Below, piece after piece: positions 50,563 to 59,800 of a stretch of DNA of 64,000 nucleotides. How positions within the stretch are numbered: position 1 is the first letter of the stretch; the number at the start of each line of letters is the position of its first letter. The position numbers and the translations under genes were made by a program. This DNA comes from Terriglobia bacterium (lineage in GTDB: Bacteria > Acidobacteriota > Terriglobia > Bryobacterales > Bryobacteraceae): NCBI GenBank assembly GCA_963737005.1, contig CAVTRD010000005.1:75891-139890 (forward strand), read 5' to 3'. The notes under the pieces were generated by a model. The model saw only the letters and a program-made list of their open reading frames with translations. It was not told the DNA's origin and did no database searches.

Positions 50563-51585
50563 CTACTCGTCTAGGCGAACCAGAATTTTGCTAAAGCGAG
50601 TCGGGTCTGCACTCCATTCAGCCAACGCGCTTCCGGCTTGTGCCAAAGGCACAATTTTACTAATTGCTCCACTGGCAGGGAACTTCTTTTGTTGGAGCAT
50701 TTCGATCACCGTCCGAAAGTCTTCGGGACCGGCATTTCGAGCGCCCAAAATGTCGAGCTCTTTCTGAACAAAGAGCCGTGTCTCGTAGCTTACCGGCTCC
50801 TTGGCATAGCCGATGTAAACGACCCTACCCGTGAACGCGACCTCTTCGATCGCGGCACGGAAAGTGGCCGGGACCCCGATCGCTTCGATGACCACGTCAG
50901 GTCCATTACCTCCGGTAAGTTCGAGCAAACGATCATGCAGCGACTCTCGCCCGGAGTGGATAGCGTGGGCAGCGCCTGCGGCTTGCGCCAGCGAGAGTTT
51001 TGAATCTTCAAGATCCACCGCAATCACGGTTGCTCCCCGGCTCGCAGCACCGGCGATTGCGCCTAGGCCAACTCCGCCACAGCCCAATACCGCAACGATG
51101 TCGGTAGCAGACACACGCCCGCGAGCGACGGCATGAAATCCAATCGTCAAGGGCTCAACGAGTGCTAATTCCTCAAGAGCTAAACCGTCAGCCTGATAAA
51201 TCTTTTCAGGTTTCACCAACACGAACTCGGCTATCGCTCCGTCGCGTTGTACTCCGAAAGTCTGATTGAACTGGCACGCATTGGGTCTGCCTCTCCGGCA
51301 CGAAGGGCAGGTGCCGCAGCTGGTATAGGGAGAGACAGTGACGTTCGTACCGGGGATGAGCTGACGGCTCCCATCGTTCGGAACAGCTTCGACGGTCGCC
51401 GCGATTTCGTGGCCGAGTATGCGGGGGTAAGTGACAAGCGGATTTTTCCCTCGAAAAGTGTTGAGATCGGAACCGCACATACCGACCATTCGCACTCTCA
51501 ATAAAACTTGATCCGGATCGGGATCGGGGGCGGGAATCTCGACGACCCTGACCTCACCGGGGCCCTGCACTTGAAGCGCTCTCAC
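50563..51585 (-). CDS. zinc-binding MDR alcohol dehydrogenase, L-galactonate 5-dehydrogenase (LgoD)-like
   Basis: Recognisable segments are GMCGSDLNTFRG...YPRILGHE, the structural-zinc cysteines C..C..C.......C, LVEPLTIGFHAV, GCGGVGLG and GARNAGPEDF. The length (340 aa) and motif order match E. coli LgoD/YjjN as I recall it. The GTG start lies 1 nt after the AKR stop. Confidence 0.75.
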   Translation of the reverse strand: MRALQVQGPGEVRVVEIPAPDPDPDQVLLRVRMVGMCGSDLNTFRGKNPLVTYPRILGHEIAATVEAVPNDGSRQLIPGTNVTVSPYTSCGTCPSCRRGRPNACQFNQTFGVQRDGAIAEFVLVKPEKIYQADGLALEELALVEPLTIGFHAVARGRVSATDIVAVLGCGGVGLGAIAGAASRGATVIAVDLEDSKLSLAQAAGAAHAIHSGRESLHDRLLELTGGNGPDVVIEAIGVPATFRAAIEEVAFTGRVVYIGYAKEPVSYETRLFVQKELDILGARNAGPEDFRTVIEMLQQKKFPASGAISKIVPLAQAGSALAEWSADPTRFSKILVRLDE

Positions 51586-51586
51586 G

Positions 51587-52606
51587 TTAGACCTCCATCT
51601 GAGAAGGCTTCGGCCAGCCAGAGTCTTGACTTGCCGGATCCTGATTGCTCTGGTCCTGATTTTCGGGCCGCCCCGAGGGCCAGAGCTTGTTCTTCACGGG
51701 CGCTACGATACGCTCAATTTCTTCCATCAGCTTCGGATCGAGATCGAGTTCCAACGCTTGGATGTTTGCCTCGACTTCCGCCGTGGTGTGCATCCCAGTG
51801 AGGGTCGACGACGCCTCGGGATAAGCCAGGCAGAACTTCAAGGCAACAGTTGACGGATTAAAACCGCGCTTCTGGCATTGTGCAACCACTTCGGCCGCGA
51901 CTTGTTTTACGTCCGGCGACGCGGGATGCCAATCGGGTGCGCCGCGGCCGGATAGCAGTCCCATGTGAAGAGGGGACGCGTTGATGAGCCCAATGCCTCT
52001 AGCCCGCACAAACGGTGCCATCTCGGTTTTGAGATCGGTTACCAGGAGGTTATATCGGCAATACGAAAGGATCGTATCGACTTCTTGCTGCGCTGCAATG
52101 TTGCGGAGGACGCGCAAGGGAAGACCGGAGATGCCGATGAAGCGCGTCTTGCCGGCTCGCTGGACCTCGCGCAGGGCCGGAATCGTTTCTTCGATGATTT
52201 GCCGAGTATCTCCGAACTCGACATCGTGCGCTTGGAGAAGGTCGACGTAGTCGGTCTTGAGCCGGGTGAGAGATTCATCGATGCTGGCCAGGATACGCCG
52301 CCGCGAGAAGTCAAAAGAGGCAGCGCCGTAACGGCCGCACTTGGTCGCGAGTACGATCTTGTTTCGACGCCCATTCAGAGCCTCTCCCAATCTTTCCTCC
52401 GCGAGTGTTAGTCCGTAGTAGGGGGAGACGTCGAAGAAGTTGATGCCGTTTTCGATCGCCGCATGGACTGCGCGTTTACCCTCGGCGGGGTTGGTGGTAT
52501 CGAAGACATCGCCCAACGGAGATGCCCCGAAGCCGAGAATCGAAACGGAAAGACCCGTATTGCCCAGAGTTCGATACAGCATCTTTGGCAAGCGCAAGCT
52601 TGCCAT
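51587..52606 (-). CDS. aldo/keto reductase, L-galactose/L-fucose (D-threo-aldose) 1-dehydrogenase-like
   Basis: The protein is colinear over its full length with plant L-galactose dehydrogenase as I recall it. Shared segments are LGNTGL.VS..GFGASPLG, GINFFD.SPYYG, ATKCGRY, FDFS, SIDESL.RL..DYVD, ETIPAL, GKTRFIG.SGLPL, ILSYC.Y, ASPL.MGLL, WHPASP and PVKN..WPSG. An alternative start is ATG 52582 (MLYRTLG). Confidence 0.8.
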   Translation of the reverse strand: MASLRLPKMLYRTLGNTGLSVSILGFGASPLGDVFDTTNPAEGKRAVHAAIENGINFFDVSPYYGLTLAEERLGEALNGRRNKIVLATKCGRYGAASFDFSRRRILASIDESLTRLKTDYVDLLQAHDVEFGDTRQIIEETIPALREVQRAGKTRFIGISGLPLRVLRNIAAQQEVDTILSYCRYNLLVTDLKTEMAPFVRARGIGLINASPLHMGLLSGRGAPDWHPASPDVKQVAAEVVAQCQKRGFNPSTVALKFCLAYPEASSTLTGMHTTAEVEANIQALELDLDPKLMEEIERIVAPVKNKLWPSGRPENQDQSNQDPASQDSGWPKPSQMEV

Positions 52607-52640
52607 ATCAGGGCTTTTGTGTCAATAGGTACCGTTACAG

Positions 52641-53690
52641 TTATCGATTTCCGAGATTGATAGATTCGACGGTAGCGGTGTTGCGCAGGCTAGATTGGCG
52701 AGCAATGAGTCGGGGTTGTACGAGGATTTGTTTTGGGCGGGCGGAGTTATGAATTTGCGTAAGTGAGAGCGCCAGTTCAGCGGCAGAGACCCCGAGGTTT
52801 TCGATATCCTGATCGACGCTGGTCAACGGCACGCGCAGCACCGACGCATAGCGCACGTTACCAGCCCCCACAATACAAATGTCTTCCGGGATGCGCAGAT
52901 TGGTTTCGAGGATCGCTTGCATCGCGCCCATCGCAATCGGGTCATTGTTGCAGAAGATTGCGTCGGGGCGAACCGGGCATGCCAGGAGTTCCTGGGCTGC
53001 TTTGTAACCGGTGGCATCTCCGGAATCGTCACCATGCGAGCGGCAGACTACGTATTCCCCCGGAACATGCAGACCCGCGGCATCCAGAGCGCGACGAAAC
53101 CCCTCCTGCCTATCAACCGCAGTGCTAACGTGCTCGCCGCCGATATAAGCGATGCGACGGCAGCCGTTTTCGAGAAGATGTTCCGTTGCCATTCTGCCAA
53201 CCGCCACGTCATCGGTGCCGACGAAGTTCGCCGCGAGGCCTGCGAATTTGCGATCAATCAACACGTAGGGCCGCTGCTGCTCCGCAATCTTGAAAAAGCT
53301 TTCGACGGTCCATTGGGCGGAAGCGATTATCAAAACATCGAGCCGCCGGGCTAACATCTGACCAATTTCCTGCTTTTCGAGTTCGGAGTCCTCTTCGGAA
53401 GATGCGATCACTAAACCGTACCCTTTCGAGCGCAAGATCCCGGAGATGCCTTTGGCGAGTTCGGCGAAAAAGGGATGCACCAGGTCGGGAACGATCAAGC
53501 CGACGAGATGACTGCGCCCGGTTACGAGTGCGCGCGCAGCCGGATTTGGATGGTAGTTCAGCTCCTTGATTCGTTTAAGGACCCGATCACGGGTTTCGGA
53601 ACTGATATCTTCGTGATTCCGCAGCACTTTCGAGACAGTTACTACGGAGACGCCGAGATCGCGGGCTATGTCCTTAAGCCTAACCGGCAC
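52641..53690 (-). CDS. LacI family transcriptional regulator
   Basis: The N-terminal helix-turn-helix is VRLKDIARDLGVSVVTVSKVLRN, followed by a periplasmic-binding-protein-like sugar-binding core. A GTG start at 53690 is preferred. The ORF is open to TTG 53699. Confidence 0.85.
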   Translation of the reverse strand: MPVRLKDIARDLGVSVVTVSKVLRNHEDISSETRDRVLKRIKELNYHPNPAARALVTGRSHLVGLIVPDLVHPFFAELAKGISGILRSKGYGLVIASSEEDSELEKQEIGQMLARRLDVLIIASAQWTVESFFKIAEQQRPYVLIDRKFAGLAANFVGTDDVAVGRMATEHLLENGCRRIAYIGGEHVSTAVDRQEGFRRALDAAGLHVPGEYVVCRSHGDDSGDATGYKAAQELLACPVRPDAIFCNNDPIAMGAMQAILETNLRIPEDICIVGAGNVRYASVLRVPLTSVDQDIENLGVSAAELALSLTQIHNSARPKQILVQPRLIARQSSLRNTATVESINLGNR

Positions 53691-53762
53691 GTAAGGCAAT
53701 TATGACAGGCGGGCACAAAAGCAATGCAATCGGGAAGCACTGGCCCCTGGAGACAGCGATAG

Positions 53763-53776
53763 AGTTAGCGTTTACT
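53763..53776. promoter_or_regulatory. candidate LacI-family operator (imperfect palindrome) in the lacI / GH29 divergent region
   Basis: AGTTAGC|GTTTACT is 10/14 self-complementary. It shares its outer half-site bases with the perfect palindrome AGTAAAGCTTTACT at 60351..60364. It lies 36 nt upstream of ATG 53812. Confidence 0.3.
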
Positions 53777-53811
53777 GATATGATCTCTGAGCGACCAAAG
53801 GAGTAAACCGG

Positions 53812-55389
53812 ATGAAGCTTCGAAACATGATCTTGGCGGCGCTGGCTGCCGCAAGCTCAACAGCGGTTTGGGCACAAACACCGAATGCAGATGATCTGGT
53901 CTGGCAGCGATCGGTTCAAAAGTACGACGGCCAGCGTAAGTCGATTCTCGACCAAGTTGATCGTGAGGCTCAAGGTGGCCCCTTTCACCCGACATGGGAA
54001 TCGCTGAAGGGATACAAGATCCCAACCTGGTACCAGGATGCGAAATTCGGAATCTTCATCCACTGGGGCCTCTATGCCGTCCCTGCATTCGATAGCGAGT
54101 GGTACCCGCGCAATATGTATCTGCAGGGCAGCAAAGCCTTTGATCACCACGTCGCGACGTATGGCCCGCAATCGAAGTTCGGCTACAAAGATTTCATCCC
54201 CCAGTTCAAAGCGGATAAGTTCGATGCGAACGCCTGGGCCGATTTGTTTAAAAAAGCGGGAGCGAAATATGTCGTGCCGGTAGCGGAACACCACGACGGG
54301 TTTCCCATGTACGACTCCGGTTTAAGTGACTGGAGCGCCGCGAAGATGGGCCCCAAACAAGACTTTGTGGGCCAGCTGGCGACAGCGGTGCGCGCGGCTG
54401 GCATGCACTTCGGGGCTTCGAGTCACCGGGCAGAGCACTACTTTTTCATGAACGGGGGGCGCGAGTTCGACTCGGATGTGCGGGACCCGAAATACGCTGC
54501 TTTCTATGGTCCGGCGCATGCCGGAGTTACGGATAAAAATCATGCGGAGTGGGCGGCTCATCCCGACCCCGCGTACCTGAACGATTGGCTGGCACGTACG
54601 GCGGAGATCGTGACGAAGTACCATCCAGAGGTTTTATGGTTCGATTGGTGGATCAATACGAAAGAGTTCGAACCGTACCTGCAGCGGCTGGCCAGCTTCT
54701 ATTACAACGACGCAGCGAAGAACGGCTACGAAGCAGCGATCAACTACAAGTACAAGGCGTATCCGGAGGGCGTAGCGGTGCTCGATATCGAGCGCGGCCA
54801 GCTCGATGCCTCGCGGCCGCTGCTCTGGCAAACCGACACGGCGATCAGCGTAAAATCCTGGGGCTACATCAAAGGCGATACATTCAAATCTCCTGAGTCG
54901 CTGATTCAACAGCTCATCGATATCGTGAGTAAGAACGGCTGCCTGTTGCTCAATGTCGGGCCAAAGCCGGACGGAACGATCCCGGACGAAGCGCAGAAGA
55001 TCCTGCTCGACATGGGGCGATGGTTAAGCGCAAATGGGGAAGCGATCTACGGGACGCGGCCCTGGAAGCTTTATGGGGAAGGCCCGACCAAGGTGCAGGG
55101 CGGGGCGTTTCACGATACAGCCACCGGTGCGTATACGGCCCAGGATATTCGCTTCACTGCGAAGGGCGATACTCTCTATGCGATCGCCATGGGATGGCCA
55201 GAAGGAGGCCAACTCACGATCAAATCTTTAGGCCAGGGTGCAGCGGGCGGCGAGGTCACGATCGGCAAGGTTCAGCTATTGGGATCCGACGCTGAGATAC
55301 AGTCCAAACGAGACGCCGACGGACTTCACCTGCAACTGCCTGCAACCAAATCCGGTGAATACGCGTATGTCTTCAAGATCTCGCGATGA
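53812..55389 (+). CDS. alpha-L-fucosidase (GH29), Sec signal peptide
   Basis: The leader is MKLRNMILAALAAASSTAVWAQ. The GH29 core reads WYQDAKFGIFIHWGLYA...AGAKYVVPVAEHHDGFPMYDS...SKNGCLLLNVGPKPDG. The RBS AAAGGAG lies upstream. Confidence 0.85.
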   Translation: MKLRNMILAALAAASSTAVWAQTPNADDLVWQRSVQKYDGQRKSILDQVDREAQGGPFHPTWESLKGYKIPTWYQDAKFGIFIHWGLYAVPAFDSEWYPRNMYLQGSKAFDHHVATYGPQSKFGYKDFIPQFKADKFDANAWADLFKKAGAKYVVPVAEHHDGFPMYDSGLSDWSAAKMGPKQDFVGQLATAVRAAGMHFGASSHRAEHYFFMNGGREFDSDVRDPKYAAFYGPAHAGVTDKNHAEWAAHPDPAYLNDWLARTAEIVTKYHPEVLWFDWWINTKEFEPYLQRLASFYYNDAAKNGYEAAINYKYKAYPEGVAVLDIERGQLDASRPLLWQTDTAISVKSWGYIKGDTFKSPESLIQQLIDIVSKNGCLLLNVGPKPDGTIPDEAQKILLDMGRWLSANGEAIYGTRPWKLYGEGPTKVQGGAFHDTATGAYTAQDIRFTAKGDTLYAIAMGWPEGGQLTIKSLGQGAAGGEVTIGKVQLLGSDAEIQSKRDADGLHLQLPATKSGEYAYVFKISR

Positions 55390-55408
55390 CCGCTGCGGCC
55401 AGAACGGC

Positions 55409-56839
55409 ATGAATCGGCGTGCTTTTCACCGCACCTTACTCGGTGGGGCGGCAACCGCTATTTATGCATCCGGGGCGTATGTGGATGTTGAGACGCTTCA
55501 CCACTACACGCCGGATTGGTCGTCTCTCGAGGGACATACCGTTCCCGACTGGTTTACGAACGCCAAGCTGGGGATCTTTGTTCATTGGGGACTATATTCT
55601 GTGCCGGCTTGGGCGACGCCTACGGGCGAACTTGGGCAGGTGAGCCCTGAACTCTGGTTCCGAAACAATCCTTATGCCGAGTGGTATCTCAATACGCTGC
55701 GGATCGTGGGCTCTCCCACTTACGAGCATCACATTAAGACCTACGGGAAGGACTTCGATTATTATCGATTTGCGGACACCTTCAATAAAGGTGTGCAGCA
55801 ATGGAATCCGGGCGCTTGGGCGGACACGTTCAAGAAGACCGGAGCGCGTTACGTCGTACTCACCACCAAACACCATGACGGATTCACGCTCTGGCCCACC
55901 GAAGTAGTGAATCCCAAGCGGCCCGGTTTGGCAGCGAAGCGGGACATCGCGGGCGATCTGACCCGGTCCGTGCGCGATCGCGGCATGAAGATGGGCCTCT
56001 ACTATTCGGGCGGACTCGATTGGACGTTCACGAAAGATCCGATCCAGAACCGTCAGGACTTTGTCCGGCGCATCCCGCAATCAGCCGAGTATGCGGCCTA
56101 TGCGGATGCTCACTGGAGAGATCTGATTCAGCGATACCATCCGTCGGTGCTGTGGAACGACATCGCTTATCCTCGGCTTGGCAAGCTGGAAGAAATCTTC
56201 GCGAACTACTACAACACAGTTCCTGGCGGCGTGATCAACAACCGGTTCACTGTTCCTTATTCGGATTACACAACTCCGGAATACGCGAAGTACGACCAGA
56301 TCACGCAGAAGAAATGGGAATCGTGCCGCGGTCTCGGCTTCAGCTTCGGTTACAACCAGGTGGAGGGCCCGGAGCAGGTAATTGCGCCGGAGAAGCTGGT
56401 GGCTTTGTTCGTCGATATCGTGAGTAAGAACGGCAACCTGCTGCTAAACGTAGGCCCCCGTGCCGACGGCTCTATCTCGGATATTCAGATAGACCGCCTG
56501 CAGAAGCTGGGCGCCTGGCTTTCAACTAACGGCGAGGGCATCTTCGACAGCAAGCCATGGGTCAACCCCGGTGCGAAAGCAGCCGACGGTACCGAAGTTC
56601 GCTTCACAAAGAAGGCCGAGAGCGCGTATGCATTTGTGCTGAGCCGGCCTGACGGTGACCAGTGCACGATCCCGGGCATCCTGGCTCCGGAAGGCATGCG
56701 TCTGGAACGGTTGGGGGACTCTGCTGCGCTTCAGTGGAAGCAAAGCGGACACGATCTCACGGTCAGCGTGCCACGCGAACTACCCGCGCAGTTTGGAGTC
56801 AAGTTCACTCCCATACCGTGGCAGGTTGTGCGCGGTTAG
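55409..56839 (+). CDS. alpha-L-fucosidase (GH29), twin-arginine-like leader
   Basis: The ATG at 55409 gives MNRRAFHRTLLGGAATAIYASGA. The GH29 core reads WFTNAKLGIFVHWGLYS...TGARYVVLTTKHHDGFTLWPT...SKNGNLLLNVGPRADG. The ORF upstream extension to 55238 overlaps the previous gene and was rejected. Confidence 0.85.
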   Translation: MNRRAFHRTLLGGAATAIYASGAYVDVETLHHYTPDWSSLEGHTVPDWFTNAKLGIFVHWGLYSVPAWATPTGELGQVSPELWFRNNPYAEWYLNTLRIVGSPTYEHHIKTYGKDFDYYRFADTFNKGVQQWNPGAWADTFKKTGARYVVLTTKHHDGFTLWPTEVVNPKRPGLAAKRDIAGDLTRSVRDRGMKMGLYYSGGLDWTFTKDPIQNRQDFVRRIPQSAEYAAYADAHWRDLIQRYHPSVLWNDIAYPRLGKLEEIFANYYNTVPGGVINNRFTVPYSDYTTPEYAKYDQITQKKWESCRGLGFSFGYNQVEGPEQVIAPEKLVALFVDIVSKNGNLLLNVGPRADGSISDIQIDRLQKLGAWLSTNGEGIFDSKPWVNPGAKAADGTEVRFTKKAESAYAFVLSRPDGDQCTIPGILAPEGMRLERLGDSAALQWKQSGHDLTVSVPRELPAQFGVKFTPIPWQVVRG

Positions 56840-56853
56840 CGGAACAGTAAGAT

Positions 56854-56886
56854 GCGGGGCTTCGAGTGACTCGCTCGAAACCCCGC
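56854..56886. terminator. hairpin between convergent genes (possible bidirectional terminator)
   Basis: gcggggcttcgag (56854..56866) pairs with ctcgaaaccccgc (56874..56886) in 12 of 13 positions around a 7-nt loop. There is no clear U-tract on either strand, so confidence is moderate. Confidence 0.4.
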
Positions 56887-56897
56887 GGTCAGCTGCA

Positions 56898-59800
56898 TCA
56901 GAAGAGCAGCTTGAGCGAGAACTGAATCTGACGCGGCGTATTGCCCTGCGATGTGACGATGCCGAAGTTGCTATTCCCCAACGTGCTTTGCGGCTGGCCA
57001 AACACCACTGAGTTGCTGATGTTGAAAGCATCGGCGCGAAACTCAAGGTTAATGACCTCCTTGATGGGGAAACGCCGCGTCAGAGAGATATCCATGTTTT
57101 TGTAGGAGTCGGTCCGTAAGGTATTGCGGCCCAGGTTTCCGTAGGTATACGGAGCCGGTACCGTGAATGCCGCGGTATTCAGGTAAACGGTCGGGTCCCC
57201 CGTGTGCGCATAGACGTTCGAGCTGGCAAGGTTTGCGCGTTCCGTCACATTCCCGGTGTTCGATAGATCTCCATTGCTAACTGTCACATCGAACGGCGAT
57301 CCAGAGTGCAGGCTAAGTATGCCGCCGACCTGCCAGTTTCCGATGATGTAATCCAAGGCCGCATGCTGCGTGCTGAAAGTCTTTCCCCGGCCGACCGGGA
57401 TATCGTAGACAAAGCTTCCGGAGAAGATGTTTGGCAGATCATATCCGGAGACGCTGCGATCCAGTCTGACGTTATAAGGAGTTTGGATCTCACAACCCTC
57501 AGAGCCGAAACTACCGGAGCAACCGTTGTCCATCGACTTCGAGCGAGTGTACGAAATGATATAGGTCAGTCCCTTGGTCGATCGCTGTTGCAGCCGGAAC
57601 TGGAAGGAGTTGTACTTGCTCTGGCCGACGCTCTTGTCGTAGAACGTGGGAGTAATGTACGGAAATGGACGACGACTCGCAACGGTAGCCGCATCGCCCG
57701 GCCCCGGAACAGTCGCGGTATTGCCCTGGCCGCCTTGATTGAGTTGCAAATCGTGGGAACCTACATAGGCGAGAGAAAGGACTGTATTCTGCCCCAGTCC
57801 CTGCTCAATCCCCACATTCCACTGATCCGCATAGGGCATCTTATATTTGCCCGGATCGACGTACCAGTTGACAAAACCGGAGCTTTGGAACGGGGTCGGC
57901 GCTGGATAAACGATCGGGTTAGTGCCTTGATTAAATGGATCGGCGATGGTCGCCTTTGTTCCGCCGGGGTGGTTCAGGTTCTGGGCGATGAGCTGACCGA
58001 TATCCGGCCAGGTTCCTTCGTAATTCTGGGCCAACTGAATGATCGAATTCCAGTTGTCGTAGAAGCGGCCGTAGCCCACCCGGAGAGCGGTCTTATCGGT
58101 CAGCCGGTAAGCCAGCCCGACGCGGGGTTGCCAGTCGTTGTAATCGTTCGAATAGATCGAATGATTACTGTGTGTCGTAACAGTCACGTGAGCAGGTAAG
58201 GTTCCGCCGGGAATGCAAGGATATCCTTGCGTAGCGGTGCAAGCCCCGGGCACGTTGGCCAGGATGTAAGTGCCATTATTCAGATCCAGGTCACCCACGT
58301 AGGCATCTGGTGCGGGCGGCTTCCCGTAGATCGGCCAGAGAGTCACGTCCCAGCGAAGGCCGACGTTCAAAGTGAGCCGCGGCGTAATCTTGAACTGGTC
58401 CTGGATGTACGCGCCATTGACCCAGCCGCCATGCTCGGTTTCGAGCACGTTCCTGCGGTTAGCTCCGTCCGGTAGTCCGAGCAAGAATGAGGCGAAAGCG
58501 TCGCCGGTTCCGGCAGAGCTCAACGGATTTTGCGTCTGGGTAGCCGCGAATGATTCCGAGAGCGAATAGATGGGCGAAAATGTGTTGTTCGTATTGAAAG
58601 TAGTGCCGCCCTTGATCGTGTGCTTGCCGAGGATTTTTGTAAAGCTGCCGCCGAATGACCAGGTATCCGCGTACCGCGTGTTCTGCACAGACTCTCCCCC
58701 GCCGTTCCCGTTTAGATAGCCGGCGATGCCCATGGCAGGAATGAACGGGTGTGTTGCGCCCTGAAAGCCTCCGACGAAGTTGCTCGAAAGACCTAACTGA
58801 GTTAGCTGATTTACAAAGCCGCTTGGCGCATTCGCATAACTCCCGCCCGTGTCGGCATCACCCACATTGCGCCCGAAAAACGCGTCCAGTACGGCCGTCG
58901 GGCCAAAGGTGTGCGTTTCGTGAATCGTACCGTTCCAACCGTAATCATTGGCGAAATGCAAAGTTCCGGGATAGCCGTTCGACCCGGTTTGCGGCTCGTT
59001 ATAGTGCGATATGCGAGCGAAAAGTGAATCGTGCTCGCTGAAGGTCTGGTCCACCCGCAGTTGATAACTGTCCTGGTTGAGGTGTGTCGGAGTGGTATCT
59101 GCATAGTTGGTCCCGCTGCTCACCGCGCTACCCGTAGGAAACAATGCTTTCGCGTAAGCCACGGAAATTGGGTTCAGATCCTGGCCTGGGATCCTGTTTC
59201 CAGGGAACTGGACCCCGGTGGCAGGGTTGTAGATCTTGTTTGAGATACCGCTAAAGTCGCCGCCTAATTCAGCAGCGGTCGGAGCTAAGCCGGTGTCTTG
59301 CGTTGCCTGGCTCTGACGGTAGCCTTCATAACCGCCATAGAAAAATGTGCGGTTCTTTCCGTGATAGAGTTTCGGGATCCAAACGGGGCCGCCGCCAGCC
59401 ACACCGAATTGGTTCTGCCGCAGAGGATTGCGTTGCGCCAGGAAGAAGTTCCGAGCGTCAAACTTCTCGTTGCGGAGAAACTCCCATACACTGCCGTGGT
59501 AATCGTTCGTTCCCGATCTGGTAGCCACATTGACGATGCCCCCAGGAGCCTGCCCGAATTCGGCGAGATCATTATGCGACTGGACTTTGAACTCCTGCAC
59601 GGTGTCGATGATGGGCGAGATGTTGTAGTTGCCAATAAAGGAGCCAAGGTCGACGATACCGTCCATGAGAAACATGTTGCTGCGGTTCCGCTGCCCATTT
59701 AACGCGGGGAAAGAGAAACTTCCGATAGCATTGCCGGCAAAACCACCTCCGCCGCCGGAGTTCTGACCGACGCTGACGGGGCTGGCGCCCGGGGTAAGCG

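Noticed and set aside
55238-55408. An upstream extension of the fourth GH29 ORF that overlaps the end of the third GH29 gene by about 150 nt.
   Set aside because: The extension encodes no GH29-like sequence and overlaps a well-supported gene. The ATG at 55409 starts directly with a twin-arginine leader.
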